Assembly (NCBI GenBank): GCA_030390025.1
Contig: CM059431.1
Location: 104,782,001-104,846,000, forward strand
Reading direction: 5' to 3'
DNA: 64,000 bases
Origin: Squalus acanthias
Lineage: Eukaryota
Under the pieces are notes generated by a model. It saw only the letters and a list, made by a program, of their open reading frames with translations. It was not told the origin of the DNA and did not search any database. The position numbers and the translations under genes are program-made. Positions within the stretch are counted from its first letter, which is position 1. Every line of letters begins with the position of its first letter. This document shows, piece after piece, positions 24,790-37,216 of this stretch.

Positions 24790-26870
24790 AAGTTTGCATT
24801 GAGTTTGATTGACACGGAGCAGGATGCTACAGGTCAGATGAGAGGTCAGGGTTGGAATGGAAAAGGGAGTTAACAATGACAAACCACCTTTGCAGACAGA
24901 AGGAAGCTGTTCAACAAAGCATTTACCCAATCTGCAAGTGTAAAAGAGACTGCGCGGTGAGCGCTGACTACAGTATATTAGATTGGAGGAAGGATCACAT
25001 AGAAGGAATGTACGGGGCCCTGAAGAATAGGATGGGGATGAAGTGAATGACCAGATGCTGGATCTGTTGCAGCTGCAGGGGGGAAGTGGCAGGGGAAGGG
25101 CAGGTGGGAGTCAGGTGGTGGAAGAATAAACAATGACAACCGAGGGACAATGGTCCCTCCAGAAACTGGCGAGGGGAGAGGAGTGGAAGATGCATTTGGT
25201 GATGGAACCATTAGAGAAACTGTTCCGACTGACAGGAAGGTCGGTAATCAAAGGACATTTAAGATAATTAGTTAAAAAAAAACTGGGTGGCGATGAGGAG
25301 AATTTTTTTTACGCAGGGAGTTGTTATGATCTGGAATACGCTGCCTGAAAGGGAGGTGGAAACGCGTAAAAACATCCCACGTCACTTCACAGGAGCTTAA
25401 TCAAACAAAACGTGACACCGAGCCACAGAAGGAGACAGTAGGACAGATGACCAAATGCTTGGTCAAAGAGGTAGGTTTTAAGGAACGACTTAAAGGAGAA
25501 GCGAGAGGCGGAGATTTTATGGAGGGAATTCCAGAGCTAAGGGCCCAGGCAGCTGAAGGCAGGGCCGCCAACTGTGGAGCGATGAAAGTTGGGGATGCGC
25601 AAGAGGTCAGAATTGGAGGAGCGCAGATATCTCGGAGAGTTGGAGGGCTGGAGGAGGTTACAGAGATAGGGAGGGGCGAAGCCATGAGGGATTTGAAAAC
25701 AAGGACGATAATTTTAAAATCAAGATTAATTAGTATCTTGCAAAAGGGAATTGGATAAATACTTGACAAGGGAATGTTTGCAGGGCTCTGGGGAAAGAGC
25801 AGGGGGGAGTGGGACAAATTGGAGAGCTCTTTCAAAGAGCTGGCACAGGCACGATGGGGCGAATGGCCTCCTTTTGTGCTGTATGATTCTATGATTCATG
25901 TTGTAGGTGGCAAGAATGGTGCAAAATAATCAGGGAAATGCACAAGCTAATGGGATGCTAAGGTGAGGATAAGGAGAACACTGTCATAGTTGTGGGAGAT
26001 GGAGAGGGAGCGAGAGCAGAGGCCCTGGAAATGGAATAGTTACAGTCAATAGTCCAGTCCACTGAAGCGAAAGGCAAAACTTGACAAAGAAAAAAGAACA
26101 TTGACGAAAGTGGAGTCACCAGAGCAGATATCATTAAGGTGGAAAAAAAACTGGGAGAAAGGGATGGAATCTTTACATGGAATGTTGTGGGAAGAAACAT
26201 AATCCAGGTAGGTGAGTGAGTCTGTCGGCTTGTTATACACGGGGAAAGCCCATTAACAAAGATGGAGAGAAAAAATCTAGGAAGAAAAAAGCATCAGTGA
26301 TGGATCACAAAGTCGGGAGATGTGTGGAAATTGGCAGCATAGGCAAGAATAGGAAGCAGCACTAACGCAGTCATCAGTGTAATGGAGGAAGAGGTAAATG
26401 AGGGGTCCCTCAAAAGGTTTGGGACAAAGAAGGCTTCACGTATGGTTCTCACAGTGTATTTGGAGGAAATGAGTGTAGTTGAAAGAGCGGAGATTGAGAA
26501 CAAATCCAGTCAAACGGTGATGAATGGGGACTGTTCAAGGAAGGAGCACCCCGCCCCCAGAGACTATGCTGGTGAAGAATTAAGATGTAGATGGACTGTA
26601 TGCCTTTAGTGAAAAGGAGATAACTGGGGCCAGAGAACCTGAAATCGACAAAGTGGCAGAGAGCATCAGAATGGTCATGGACGTAGACAGGCAGAGACAG
26701 ATCAAGCAGGAAAGGAACAGGGTCAAGATAAGAGGAACTTAGTTCAGTGGGACAGGAGCAAGGTGAAACAATGGTTCAAGTGGAGCAGTGGTATTTGCTC
26801 ATCTTGAGGTGTGGCTGTGCACGGTTAGTAAATCAGGAGACTGGAGGCACTGGAGGGAGGAGAATGTGAA
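24790..26870 (-). mobile_element. Old Penelope-like element ORF remnant (RT C-terminus and GIY-YIG region), interrupted by CR1 and L2 pieces
   Basis: YNKPTDSLTYLDYVSSH..CKDSIPFSQF resembles the PLE post-RT motif; LGKCFVEQLPSVCK resembles the GIY-YIG LGDRFAEHLRSVRK motif. Confidence 0.7.
25365..25730 (-). mobile_element. L2 LINE 3' end
   Basis: LDFKIIVLVFKSL...; matches other L2 copies. Confidence 0.85.
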
Positions 26871-28380
26871 AGCAATTAGATAGGTTACAGTCTGGCAGAT
26901 GATTATGTGGCTTTCAGTCATCTGTTGAGGTCCAGAAGGCAGCAATTACCAGCTGATGCTACAACCTGCTCAAATCTGGCAATATCTGTAAACTGTGTCC
27001 AAACAGGTAGTGTGAAACAAACAGGGGGCTTCCAAAAGATGGGACGTTTTTCATATAAGATAAGAGAAATCGAGGCGATACATGTCAAGGACAGATAGCT
27101 TCCGAATAATAAATCAAAGCGTGGTGCAGAGCACATAATGTACAAACCAATCCTTGTTTCATAAATCATCCACACCCCATATGTATTCTGTTTATTATTT
27201 TACCTTTTAAAGCGCAGCTTTGGGGGAATAGCTAATGGATGTGCATTAGTTATAAATAAGGATGAATTTGTTATAATCTTCCAAAGTTCACGAGATTTGT
27301 GGATGAAACCAAAGAATTAAATGTAGAAACCACATAATTGGAGGCCAGTGGAGTTGCAAGTCAGCAGTGAGAACATTGCTAGAAACATCAGCGATTGGGG
27401 TAAGTGAGCAGTAAACTGAGGTGGCGGATGGAGTAGGATCAATGGATATTGGGTACATGAATTTTAGGAGGCATTTAATAAAGTTCTGCACAAATATTGG
27501 CAGCTAAAATTGAGGCACATCCACTGCCTCGGTCAGGGCTGTCTATTTGGTTAATTAGACATGCCGTACCTTTTCCAGATCCATGAAATGGGAAAGATAG
27601 ATCCTTGTGGCATGAATCGAAAAATGGTTGAGAAGTAGGAAGTGGTTGCGATAAAAGGGACGTTCCTGGATTTGGTGGGGAACGACAAGTCCATGGGTTG
27701 AACGCGGGCATAGAAAGGAATAGCAGTGGAATCAGTGAGGGTCGATCCAAACTTATAAAGCTAACATGCCACATCTGTTTTAGAGTGTTGGATCTCTGTT
27801 GGCTGAATGCTGGAGAGCATGTGGCCAGATTGGCACATACCTTCTAGTGCCCTAGATTCCAACCTTTTTTTGGGCAGCATCACCAGTGTAGATGCCCCCC
27901 CCTTAGATGCCATTCCCCGTTCCCCCTGGGATGCAAAATCCACCTGAAATGCACAGGCTAGCAACAACTCTCAGTGCTAGCAGCAAGGTGATGCACACAT
28001 GCCCCTATATAGCAAAATCCATACCCTTGTCTAGCACAAACAGTTGAATTGGGCGCCTGTGTCCTGTATGCCAATTAGAACAAGTGATGTAAGGAGACTA
28101 ACGGAAAGACAACAATATGTTAAAGGTGCGTTAATGACTGTAAGAGCCTTGTGTGAAGAGAGTGAACCCAAAACAAAGTTTAACCTCAACTGCCATTCAC
28201 AAATGAGGGTTTAGTCATAAGAAAGAAAGGCAATAATAGCACAGGCAGCACTCATTGCTGGAAAGTAATTGTAGGGGTATTTAGGTATGATAAGCTTATG
28301 TCTGAATGTGCAAAGCTCCGGAAATATTTTCAGCTTTGTTGTATTTGGAGTCTGAGTCCATCCTGTAACGAGACCATCAT

Positions 28381-29495
28381 GGCTTGGATTTTGCTGTACT
28401 AATAACGACAAGGTTGTCAACATCACTGTTATTACAGGGTAAAACTGCACCCGGTGCAGAGGGGAGCGGGCAGGTCGGAGGACCTCCTCGTGGGACTGCT
28501 CCTGGGCCTGGCTAAAAAAGCCATTAATTGGTCCAGGCAGCGGGCGGTCGAGGGGGTCGTTCGGCCCGATTGCCTGCCTCTCTTCCGCGGCCATGTTCGC
28601 GCCCGGGTGGCCCTGGAGATGGAGCACGCGGTGTCCGCCGGCACGCTTGAGTTTTTCCGCGACCGGTGGGCGCCGCGGGGACTGGAGTGCATCGTCACCT
28701 CGGGCTACCAAATTTTAATTTAATTTGTTAAGGTTTATTTAAAGTTTAATTGATTTACAGTTCATCTGGTTAACCGTCCACACAAAAGAGTACAGGGTAA
28801 AACTGACAGTAACTTCTGGCGTCTGCAAATGCGCATTAAATACGAAAATCTTAAGGTTGCTGTCAGTGATGCCCCCCTCCTCCACAGGGTGCACTGTTGC
28901 AGTCTTCGCCGATGGAATCTGCACAGAGATCATTGTAACGGCGTGAATTTAAGCTAATTACCGACTATACCCGTGCTAAAAGATGAAAAAGTTGGGCTTG
29001 TACAATCAGGAGTAACTGAGATTTTAACGGCGTAATAAGTGCTAATTATGGCTGAAAGCCCTCTCTGGCCCAGAAGAAATGAATTTTACACATGTGCAGT
29101 CTCATTCCCTCAGAAGAAAATTAATGTTGCAGATTTAAAAAAAATAAAAATTATGTTTTTTTTCATAGTTTTTCTCTTTTATCTCTCTCCGTTAATTCCA
29201 TCTGTATGTCCCAATATTTATTTTGCTTTCTGTACAATGATTTAAATGGAATTTATATTTGCTGTTTTTTACTTCCTGCTTTGCAGTCTGCGTGTCTCAG
29301 TAAGGATTCTTCAATATGATTGGTTGAAGAGGGTCCCTGCTGTTCGGCTTGATCAAAGATCCCCTGTAGAGGGCCCCTCCCTGGATCAGATGCGTGATTA
29401 GTAGAAATTTCCACTGACAAACCCACGAAAGGTCTCTGGGCAACTGTACACGAGGTAAAAGCTGTTCCTTCGCCGCTCACAGCAAAATCTGGGCC
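28381..29495 (+). mobile_element. Harbinger-type MITE (family D related), interrupted by a Tx1 fragment
   Basis: TIRs GGCTTGGATTTTGCTGT / ACAGCAAAATCTGGGCC; flanks CAT/AAT. Confidence 0.85.
28448..28790 (+). mobile_element. Tx1/L1-group LINE 3' end, 5'-truncated
   Basis: ORF end LLLGLAKKAINWSRQRAVEG...RARVALE...FFRDRWAP resembles Tx1 ORF2 C-terminus; perfect 15-bp TSD TACAGGGTAAAACTG at 28433-47 and 28791-805. Confidence 0.8.
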
Positions 29496-29567
29496 AATGT
29501 ATCAGCTGGGTTTAGAAAGCAGGGAGAAATCAAGGGATGTAACTGTTCCCTCCTTCCCTGATTCCTA

Positions 29568-30005
29568 AAGAAAGACTTGCATTTCTATAGCGCCTTTCAC
29601 AACCACCGGACATCTCAAAGCGCTTTACAGCCAATTAAGTACTTTTGGAGTGTAGTCACTGTTGTAATGTGGGAAACGCAGCAGCCAATTCGCGCGCAGC
29701 AAGCTCCCACAAACAGCAATGTGATAATGACCAGATAATCTGTGTTTTGTTATGTTGATTGATGGACAAGTATTGGCCTGGACACCAGGGAATACTCCCC
29801 TTCTTCGAAATAGTGTCACGGGATCTTTTACGTCCACCTGAGAGAGCAGACGGGGCCTTGGTTTAACGTCACATCCGAAAGATGGCACCTCCGACAGTGC
29901 AGCACTTCCTCAGCACTGCACTAGGAGTGTCAGCCTAGATTTATGTGCTCAAGTCCCGTTCTGACTCAGAGGCGAGTGTGCTACCCACTGAGCCACAGCT
30001 GACAC
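29568..30005 (-). mobile_element. Deu-domain SINE
   Basis: Near full-length copy from tail to head (CACTGAGCCACAGCTGACA). Confidence 0.9.
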
Positions 30006-31438
30006 AGCTACTGACATCCCTGAAAGTGACTGGCTATTCACGTCAATTCATTTGTACATTTTTCAGTATGAGTATTAATTTATTTGGAAACAAATTAACC
30101 ATTATTAATTTCTAATAAAATCACGTTTAATTCTACACTCCAACAGAAAACCAGACTAATTGCAGTTTGGACTATAATAAATCATAACCTACATTCAGAA
30201 TATCAGTCAGTCATAAACACGGCTTAATTATGACAAATTAATTGAAAACCTATTGGCTTAGAACTAATTTTCTATGGAAATAAACTTAAAAAGAAAGTAA
30301 AGCATCTGTCTTATCTATCATTTCTTTATGTTGTTTTAACTCTGGTTCAATCCAGGTTTATCAGATCTTTTAATGATTTAACAGGTTCTCACCCTCTGCT
30401 GCTCTGCTTCCATTGACTACCTTTCCCTTGGAACCTTCACTAGTGGGCCCCTTAATCTATCTTGGTCCTTCAAAATCTCTAGCTTTTCTCCTTCCTTCTC
30501 TTTCTCACTCACAATTGTTCAGATTCTTTAGCTCCACCTCACTGTGTTCAACTTTCCTCCAGAATCCTCTGATTTTATCTCTGTCATTAACCTCTCACCC
30601 TCTGTCCGTTTCTACCTTTTCACTTTGTTTACCTTTTCTCTTCCAAAAGCGAACTTTACATTCTGTTGTCGCCCTCAAACAGTTGGGCACATTTGATCCC
30701 CTCAATATGTGTACGTGTCTGAAATGAACATAGTCCTGTGCCTCTTGTCAGCTGCCATCTGTGTAGTAGTGGAGCAATCACCATTTTGCTAATGAGAGGG
30801 AGAATATTGCCTACAGGTACATCATGCATCTTCTGTTCCTAGCTGTACGCTCCTGTTATATGCAAGTTTTGCCAACAAATGTAAGACCAGAAGAGATTTG
30901 ACACAGGTTGATTTGGCCCATGGAATGTCCCCTGCAGTACATTCTCTCACCCATCATATCACGTGCAATGCTATTTGCATAACCCTACTTTCATACTTGC
31001 TACCTTATTTGCTAAATGTTCGCGCCAGCTATCAGCTTCTTTTCAGATCTACATCTGTAACTATTTCCTTCCTATGCTGCTACTGTATAGTAATACTTGT
31101 AAAAGAAAAAGAAAGGCTTCTAATTCTACGGCGCCTTTCACAACCTCAGGATGTCCCAAAGCGCTTTGCAGCCAATGAAGTACTTTTAAAGTGTAGTCAC
31201 TGTCGTAATGTAGGAAATGCAGCAGCCAATTTTGCACACAGCAAGGTCCCACAGACAGCACATGACAATGACGAGATAATCTGTTTTTTAGTGATGTTGG
31301 TTGAGGGATTAATATTGGCCCAGGACACTGGGGAGAACTCTCCTGCTCTTCTTCGAAATAGTGCCATGGGATCATTGACGTCCACCTGAGAGGGCGAGAC
31401 TTCCGCCCCTCAGTTTAAAATCTCATCAGAAAGACAGC

Positions 31439-31821
31439 GGGCTGGATTTTGATACTGGGGCGGGTTGGGGTCGTGTTATCCACCCGACTGCAATTGGATG
31501 TGGGAGATTGATGCAATTTTCACCTAATTGGGCAATTGAGTTCCAGCATGTGGGAACGCATGAACCAATTAGTGTTTTCAGTCTGAAAGTCGCCTCTGAT
31601 GATGTCATCATTGCTGCTGCATTGAAGGTCTTCAGAGACTGCCTGGCCTTTGCTGTGAGAGGACCTGGATGCAAAATGAGCAGCAGCAGCCCTAAGTCTG
31701 CTCCCAGACTTCACCTGAGGAAGGGGCAATCGATAGCTCCGAAAGCTTGTGATTTCAAATAAAACTGTTGGACTATAACCTGGTGTTGTGCGACCTCTCA
31801 ATTTTGCCCAGATACACCACC

Positions 31822-31856
<35 letters not shown>

Positions 31857-32152
31857 CTCCCGCCAGGATTCACAATCGTGGTTCAGAACAGGTGTGCTTC
31901 ACGTAGAACAAGGGTTAAAATCACAAAGGCCTTTAAAAATGGCATTATAGAGCCAATTTAGTGCTTGTTAAGGGCCTTAACAGCCTATCCCGTCTCTTAG
32001 AGGCGGGACGGAGTCGGGACCAGCAGACACGATTTCATGAAAATTGCGTGGAGGCGGGATGGAGGCGGACTTGTGCCCGCCCGCCAGTTTTCACAATTTT
32101 AACCCCCCACACACCTCCAAACCCACCTCCACGGTCAATGAAAATCCAGCCC
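31439..32152. mobile_element. Harbinger-type MITE family B, copy 2
   Basis: TIRs GGGCTGGATTTT / AAAATCCAGCCC; perfect 3-bp TSD AGC. Confidence 0.92.
31711..31752 (+). ncRNA. Minimal hammerhead ribozyme motif (Penelope type 2), core intact
   Basis: TCAC-CTGAGGA-A-GGGGC-AATCGATA-GCTCC-GAAA-GC-TT-GTGA: stem I TCAC/GTGA, stem II GGGGC/GCTCC, palindromic stem III AAGCTT. Confidence 0.72.
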
Positions 32153-32221
32153 AGCATCTTTGAAAGTGCAGCATTCCCTCAGTACTGGCACTGGGAGTGT
32201 CAGCCTAGATTTTGTGCTCAA

Positions 32222-34055
32222 GGCCGGAATTTTGCGGGGGGTGGGGGGGAGGGGGTGGTGTGCTCAGCGGGTGGGATTGGTGGCGGGTCGGGTGGGTAAG
32301 CGATTTTTTTTGACAGAGGATCAGGACCACGCTGTCAACCCGCCGCCACGCGCCTTTCCCAATGTCGGGTCTGTCAGCGCTGAGCAGAACCGACAGTCAA
32401 CAGCGAGGGACCCAATTCAGGAAATTAATGGCTTGTTTAGAGCCCCTTAAGAATGATTTTCAGCTTAGCTTTTGTATTTGACAGCTCGCCAACAGGGTCC
32501 ATGCTGGTCGTGGACCACGTCTGTCAAGTTGAGGCGGGAGTTCAGTAGCCATTGAATCAGCTATAACAACAGAAAACGCTGGAAAAACTCAGCAGGCCAG
32601 GCAGCATCAGCTGTTGAGTTGACAGCTTCGAATGTAAAGTAAAAGCTCCCACCTTACAGCGATATCTTCCCTCAGCCACAAGCTGTTCCTCACTGCATTT
32701 CCACAACAGATTCACCATGCTGCAAGTCTCCATCCAGTCTGACTTCATTACCTCTCTCACCATGGACAGATCGCCTCTATCATCTCTACTTCACCTACCA
32801 TCTATTCCATCAGCATGAGTGCCCTTTATACTCTCTCACCTTGGTCCTCAGAATCCCACCACGATCAGCCCCAACACCAGCAGCACCAGGCACACCAGCA
32901 GCACCAACAACAACACCACCAACATTCTCCGCAATCACCTGATGCTGCACAGGACACAGGGCATCAGCATCCGACCACATTGCTGCCCGGGATGCCAGGG
33001 ATGGCCTCACCATGGCCAGATTTACTTCACTTGACACTGCACACCCTGGCTGCCACATGATGCGTCAGGTTGGCACTGCCCCACACCAACACCATAAAGT
33101 GTCCCTACAATGCCCAAGCCATTCCTTTCACACTCGTGACCATTGCGGGGGATACCATTATGTGTCACCATTCACTGCAACTCACTAAGCCACTTCCAAA
33201 GGTGCACACAAATCTGTCCAAGAATGCAAAGTGTTGAAAATAAAGGTTTCAATGTTTGACACCACATTAATGGAAACTTTACATGAACATTGCATAAAAC
33301 ACCCAAGTGCCTACCCTTGTGTGTTGTTAGTTGGTATGATTGGACTAGGATGAGGGTGAGTGTGAGGGGTGGCTAGTGAGATGGGGATGTGATAATGTAG
33401 GTAGAGAGGGATGGGTGGAGGTGCAAGGTAAGTTGGTGTGAGTAAGGATGTGCAGGAGTAGGGTAGGGAAGGCAGAGTGATGGGGATGTGATGAGAGGCA
33501 CAGCAGGATGAGGTTGAGTGTGGCTTTGTTATAACGTTTCGTGATCTACTAAGATCATTGAAATGTTTGCGGCACTGCACCCAGGTCCTCCTGACCACAT
33601 CGCTGCTTGTGTCCTCCTCTGAATGTGCAAGAAGGCTGTGTTGGTCTCCTAGGGAGGTCTCTTTCCGCCCATGGGAAGGGAAAAGGACCTCCCTGCGTGC
33701 TGTGACTCCCTCCATAAGCATGTGGAGGCGGTCATGGGTGAGCCTGGGTGCAGCCCTGCCCCTCTATGCAGTCATTGTCAGTGTTTGCAGCACCTCAATG
33801 CTGTAGAACACTGACAGCATAAACGTCAAAATAAATTTGGCCATGGTCCCTGTAAGGAAACCGGCTGATGACGCGTCATCAAATGACATCACCAGACCCG
33901 CTTCCTCTAATTGGCCGGGAAATGCGCTGGGCGGGTTTAACAAGCCCAATCATGGGAAAATCATTTCACAGAGCGGGCTGGAGCCAGCAGCGGGGTCGGG
34001 AGCCGCCACCAACGTCGCCTGCCACGGACCCGCCGAGGTTAGTGAAATCCCAGCC
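32222..34055. mobile_element. Harbinger deletion derivative (1.83 kb) with a Myb/SANT exon remnant
   Basis: TIRs GGCCGGAATTTT / GAAATCCCAGCC; TSD CAA; minus strand ~33535-33775 RGRAAPRLTHDRLHMLMEGVTARREVLFP...RRTWVQCRKHFNDL. Confidence 0.88.
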
Positions 34056-34193
34056 CAAGTCTCTGGAGTGGGACTGTGAACACACAACATTCTGACTCAG
34101 AGGCGAGAGTGCTACCAACTGATTATTTTATTTGCGATTAAGTCATGCAACTTCGACTCGATCCCTAACCATGTCCTCTGCATAACTAACATT

Positions 34194-34945
34194 GGCCCAT
34201 ATTTTCCGATCGCAGGGCTCCCGCGGGAGGCCTGCGATCTGGAAAAATCTATGCCCTTACCTGAGGGCTCTCGGGACACACACGCTTCTGCTCCTGGGCC
34301 TCTCCAAACTGCAAGTGCGCAGGGCCCACGTATCCCAGAGGCGCAGGCAGTTTGCAGCGTCCCTGGGATCACGTGGGCCATGGGGAGCCAATCAAAGAAG
34401 GGAATCTCCCTTCAAACACTTTACAGGAAGACCTGTCAAATATATGAATGGAGATCACCCCAAAAACATAGTAAAACTTTAAATAATTTTTTTTTTAAAT
34501 CACATTTTTAAAATGACTTTAAATTACAATAAATTAAGTATTTTAAACAAAAATTTTATTTTTTGAAAAAAATAATTCAAGTTTTTTATGGGGCTAAAAA
34601 TAAACTCACCTTTTTAAAAGAATTTTTAAATGATAAATCAGTGAAATTTAAAAAAAAAACTTTTTTCAACTCTTATCCTGGTAAAAGCAGGCCTTACGCC
34701 TGCCTTTACCAGGTGTAAGAATTGTAAGGGTTTTCTGCGGGCGGAGGGTCTCCAAAAAACGGAACTATCCGCCCGCAGAGGCCCTGCTCCCGGGCAGCTG
34801 GAGGATCTGTCAAGACCATTCTTGACAGATCGGAAATGCCGGTTTTCAGCGCATGCACTGTGTATGCCTGAAACCGGCATTTCCGATGTCCCTACGGGCG
34901 GGTACACAGCGCGTACACACCCGTAGGGATCGGAATACCTGGGCC
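34194..34945. mobile_element. Harbinger-type MITE family C, copy 1
   Basis: TIRs GGCCCATATTTTCCGATC / GATCGGAATACCTGGGCC; perfect TSD ATT; AT-rich centre; several hairpins. Confidence 0.9.
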
Positions 34946-35827
34946 ATTGAGGGCACTTTTTATGTGGCATAGCGCCATGCTCCATACCTCCTTTGCATAC
35001 TTGGAGTCTGCGATCCCCAATTAAACGTGTGCTCTTGAAGTTCTATTACAGAGGTTTCAACAAGAAACAACTGGCTGGTGTATTAGTCGTTTCTCAATTC
35101 TCGTTAAACCATTGTCCGCAAATGGTTTAAATACACACAACTGGATAAATACATTTTTGGGTATTTAGTGGCTTGTTATCTGCATTCAAACATTGTTACT
35201 AGCAGGTGCATGATAATTTGCCACTAAATTGCAGAAATCATATATTTCAAAACTCTGATTTAATTGGCGGCTTGTAAACTATGATGAAGAATTGGAATTT
35301 CTCTGATTTTTCTCAAGAAAATTACCACTATCCGTTTATTGGTAACCTCAATGAAATTTGGTGCTCTTCAGACAAATTTGGAAGTATGATATCCAGTTAC
35401 TCTAAACACTGTCTCTTCAAAATGACGCTGAGGGATAAGAGTCTACGATTCATTAAATTGTCTCAAATTCCTCTCTCCACCAATTCTGTAGGGATCTTAA
35501 TTCATTTAAAATAAATGAGCCTCCTCCAAAAATAAGCGAGAGAGGAATTCAGAAGAATGAGTTAAGCGTTTTGCTCCTGGAATTTCCACAGGCGTTGTCC
35601 CAATGTCCTGCAGCTATTGACACCGTTTCCCCAGGGGTTCTGCCAAGCTTCCAGAGGGAGATCGGGAGAACCCTACAGAAATGTTCTCCTTTTGCTAGTA
35701 TCCGGCAGCATAACCTCCGAGCTACTGAGATCAACATGAATAAGTAGTAATGTGGTGCTACACAAAAATAAATAGAAGGCAATAATTTGTTGTATTTGAC
35801 TAAGCTCTAATATGCCGATAAATACTA

Positions 35828-36277
35828 AAAGAAAGAAAGACTTGCATTTATATAGCACCTGTCTTGACCTCAGGACATCCCAAAGCACTTTGCAGCCAAT
35901 TAAGTATAGTCACTGTAGGAAATGCAGCAGCCAATTTTTGCACAGCAAGGTCCCACAAACAGCAATGAGATAATGACCATGTAATCTGTTTTAGCAAGGT
36001 TGGTTGAGGGATTAATTGGTTATCTTGCAGAATTGACTGCCTCTTATCTCCTGCTCTTCTTCGAAATAGTGCCGTGATTTTTTTTACATCCACCTGAGAG
36101 GGCCTTGGTTTAACATTTCAGCCATAAGATGGCACCTCCAACAGTGTAGAGCTCCCTCAGTGTAACTGGGAGTGTCAGCTAAGATTTTGTGCTCAAGTCT
36201 CATGGAGTGGGACTTGAACCCATGACCTCCTGATTGAGAGAGAGGAGAGAGTGCTACCCACTGAGCCACGGCTGACA
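35828..36277 (-). mobile_element. Deu-domain SINE
   Basis: Tail-to-head match with other copies. Confidence 0.88.
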
Positions 36278-37216
36278 CCTTAGCCCAGTGGTGAGGTTTT
36301 GTTCATATTATATTCTTCTCAACAGCCACACACAAGCAATAGTTGATTGGTGACATGAGATGGGATTATTTACATACTGCTGCACACCACAACTCAAGCC
36401 AGCACACAATAAATCAGGGCAAATTTAATTTAATGTGGTTTCATAATCTAATTTTGCATTTAATCTGTAATGAAAGGATGCTTTTGCTCTTGGGAAATTC
36501 ATAAATGTCATATTCAATATGTTCTACACAATCACATGCATGCAGATGGAAAATTTGAGCCCAAATGCCTCATTATGCACTATGAAAAATAATTCCATGA
36601 AAAGAAAAATCATTTGTTTAAAATCTATTTCCAGCTGGCGTATCTCAAATAGATTAGAATAAAAAATAAACAGGAATGACTGATGATATGGTTTAACAAT
36701 TAAATTAATGCAGTTAAAGTTTTCTGTCCATTTTATTCCTTTGGATTTTAGTTCTTCTGTGCACTATTTTTAGTTCATGATTAATTAACTCAAATTCCTG
36801 TTTGTATTATTTTAATGAAACCCATTAGCCAAATTAAAGTAAATAGATTGTGACTATGTATAAAATAGTGCAAACAGGAATTCAATGGGAATGCATTAAC
36901 CAGTGAGCTGAAACTAGTGCAGAGAGAAATTAAGAGCCTATCTGAGCAGGAGTACGGCATGTTCAGCAACATGTCTTGGTATCTTCACTGCTGTGTAGCA
37001 AAGCCTGATTGCTCCTGATGAGGAAAAGACAATCATTCTGCCTTGATTGATTTTTCTTTTGTTAATGCTGAATGGTACTTGGCGATGGGTTGGGTTAGCA
37101 CGCTGGCCTTTCACATCTGGGACATACAAGCTCAATTCCAGCCAAGACCAAAAGGATGAAAGCGTCCTTTGTTCGTTAGCTGCAAATTCCCTCCCTAAAC
37201 CTCTCGGCCTCTCTCG

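Larger units (their letters stand above)
31103..34120 (-). mobile_element. Deu-domain SINE carrying two Harbinger-type insertions
   Basis: SINE segments 31103-31438, 32153-32221 and 34056-34120 join into a contiguous SINE. Confidence 0.88.

Noticed and set aside
30785..30845. Possible small minus-strand exon (EQKMHDVPVGNILPLISKM)
   Set aside because: No polypyrimidine tract, weak donor and no recognisable homology.
32815..33060. Gln/His-rich ORF as a novel gene
   Set aside because: Low complexity and inside the Harbinger derivative; at most a decayed transposase N-terminal remnant.
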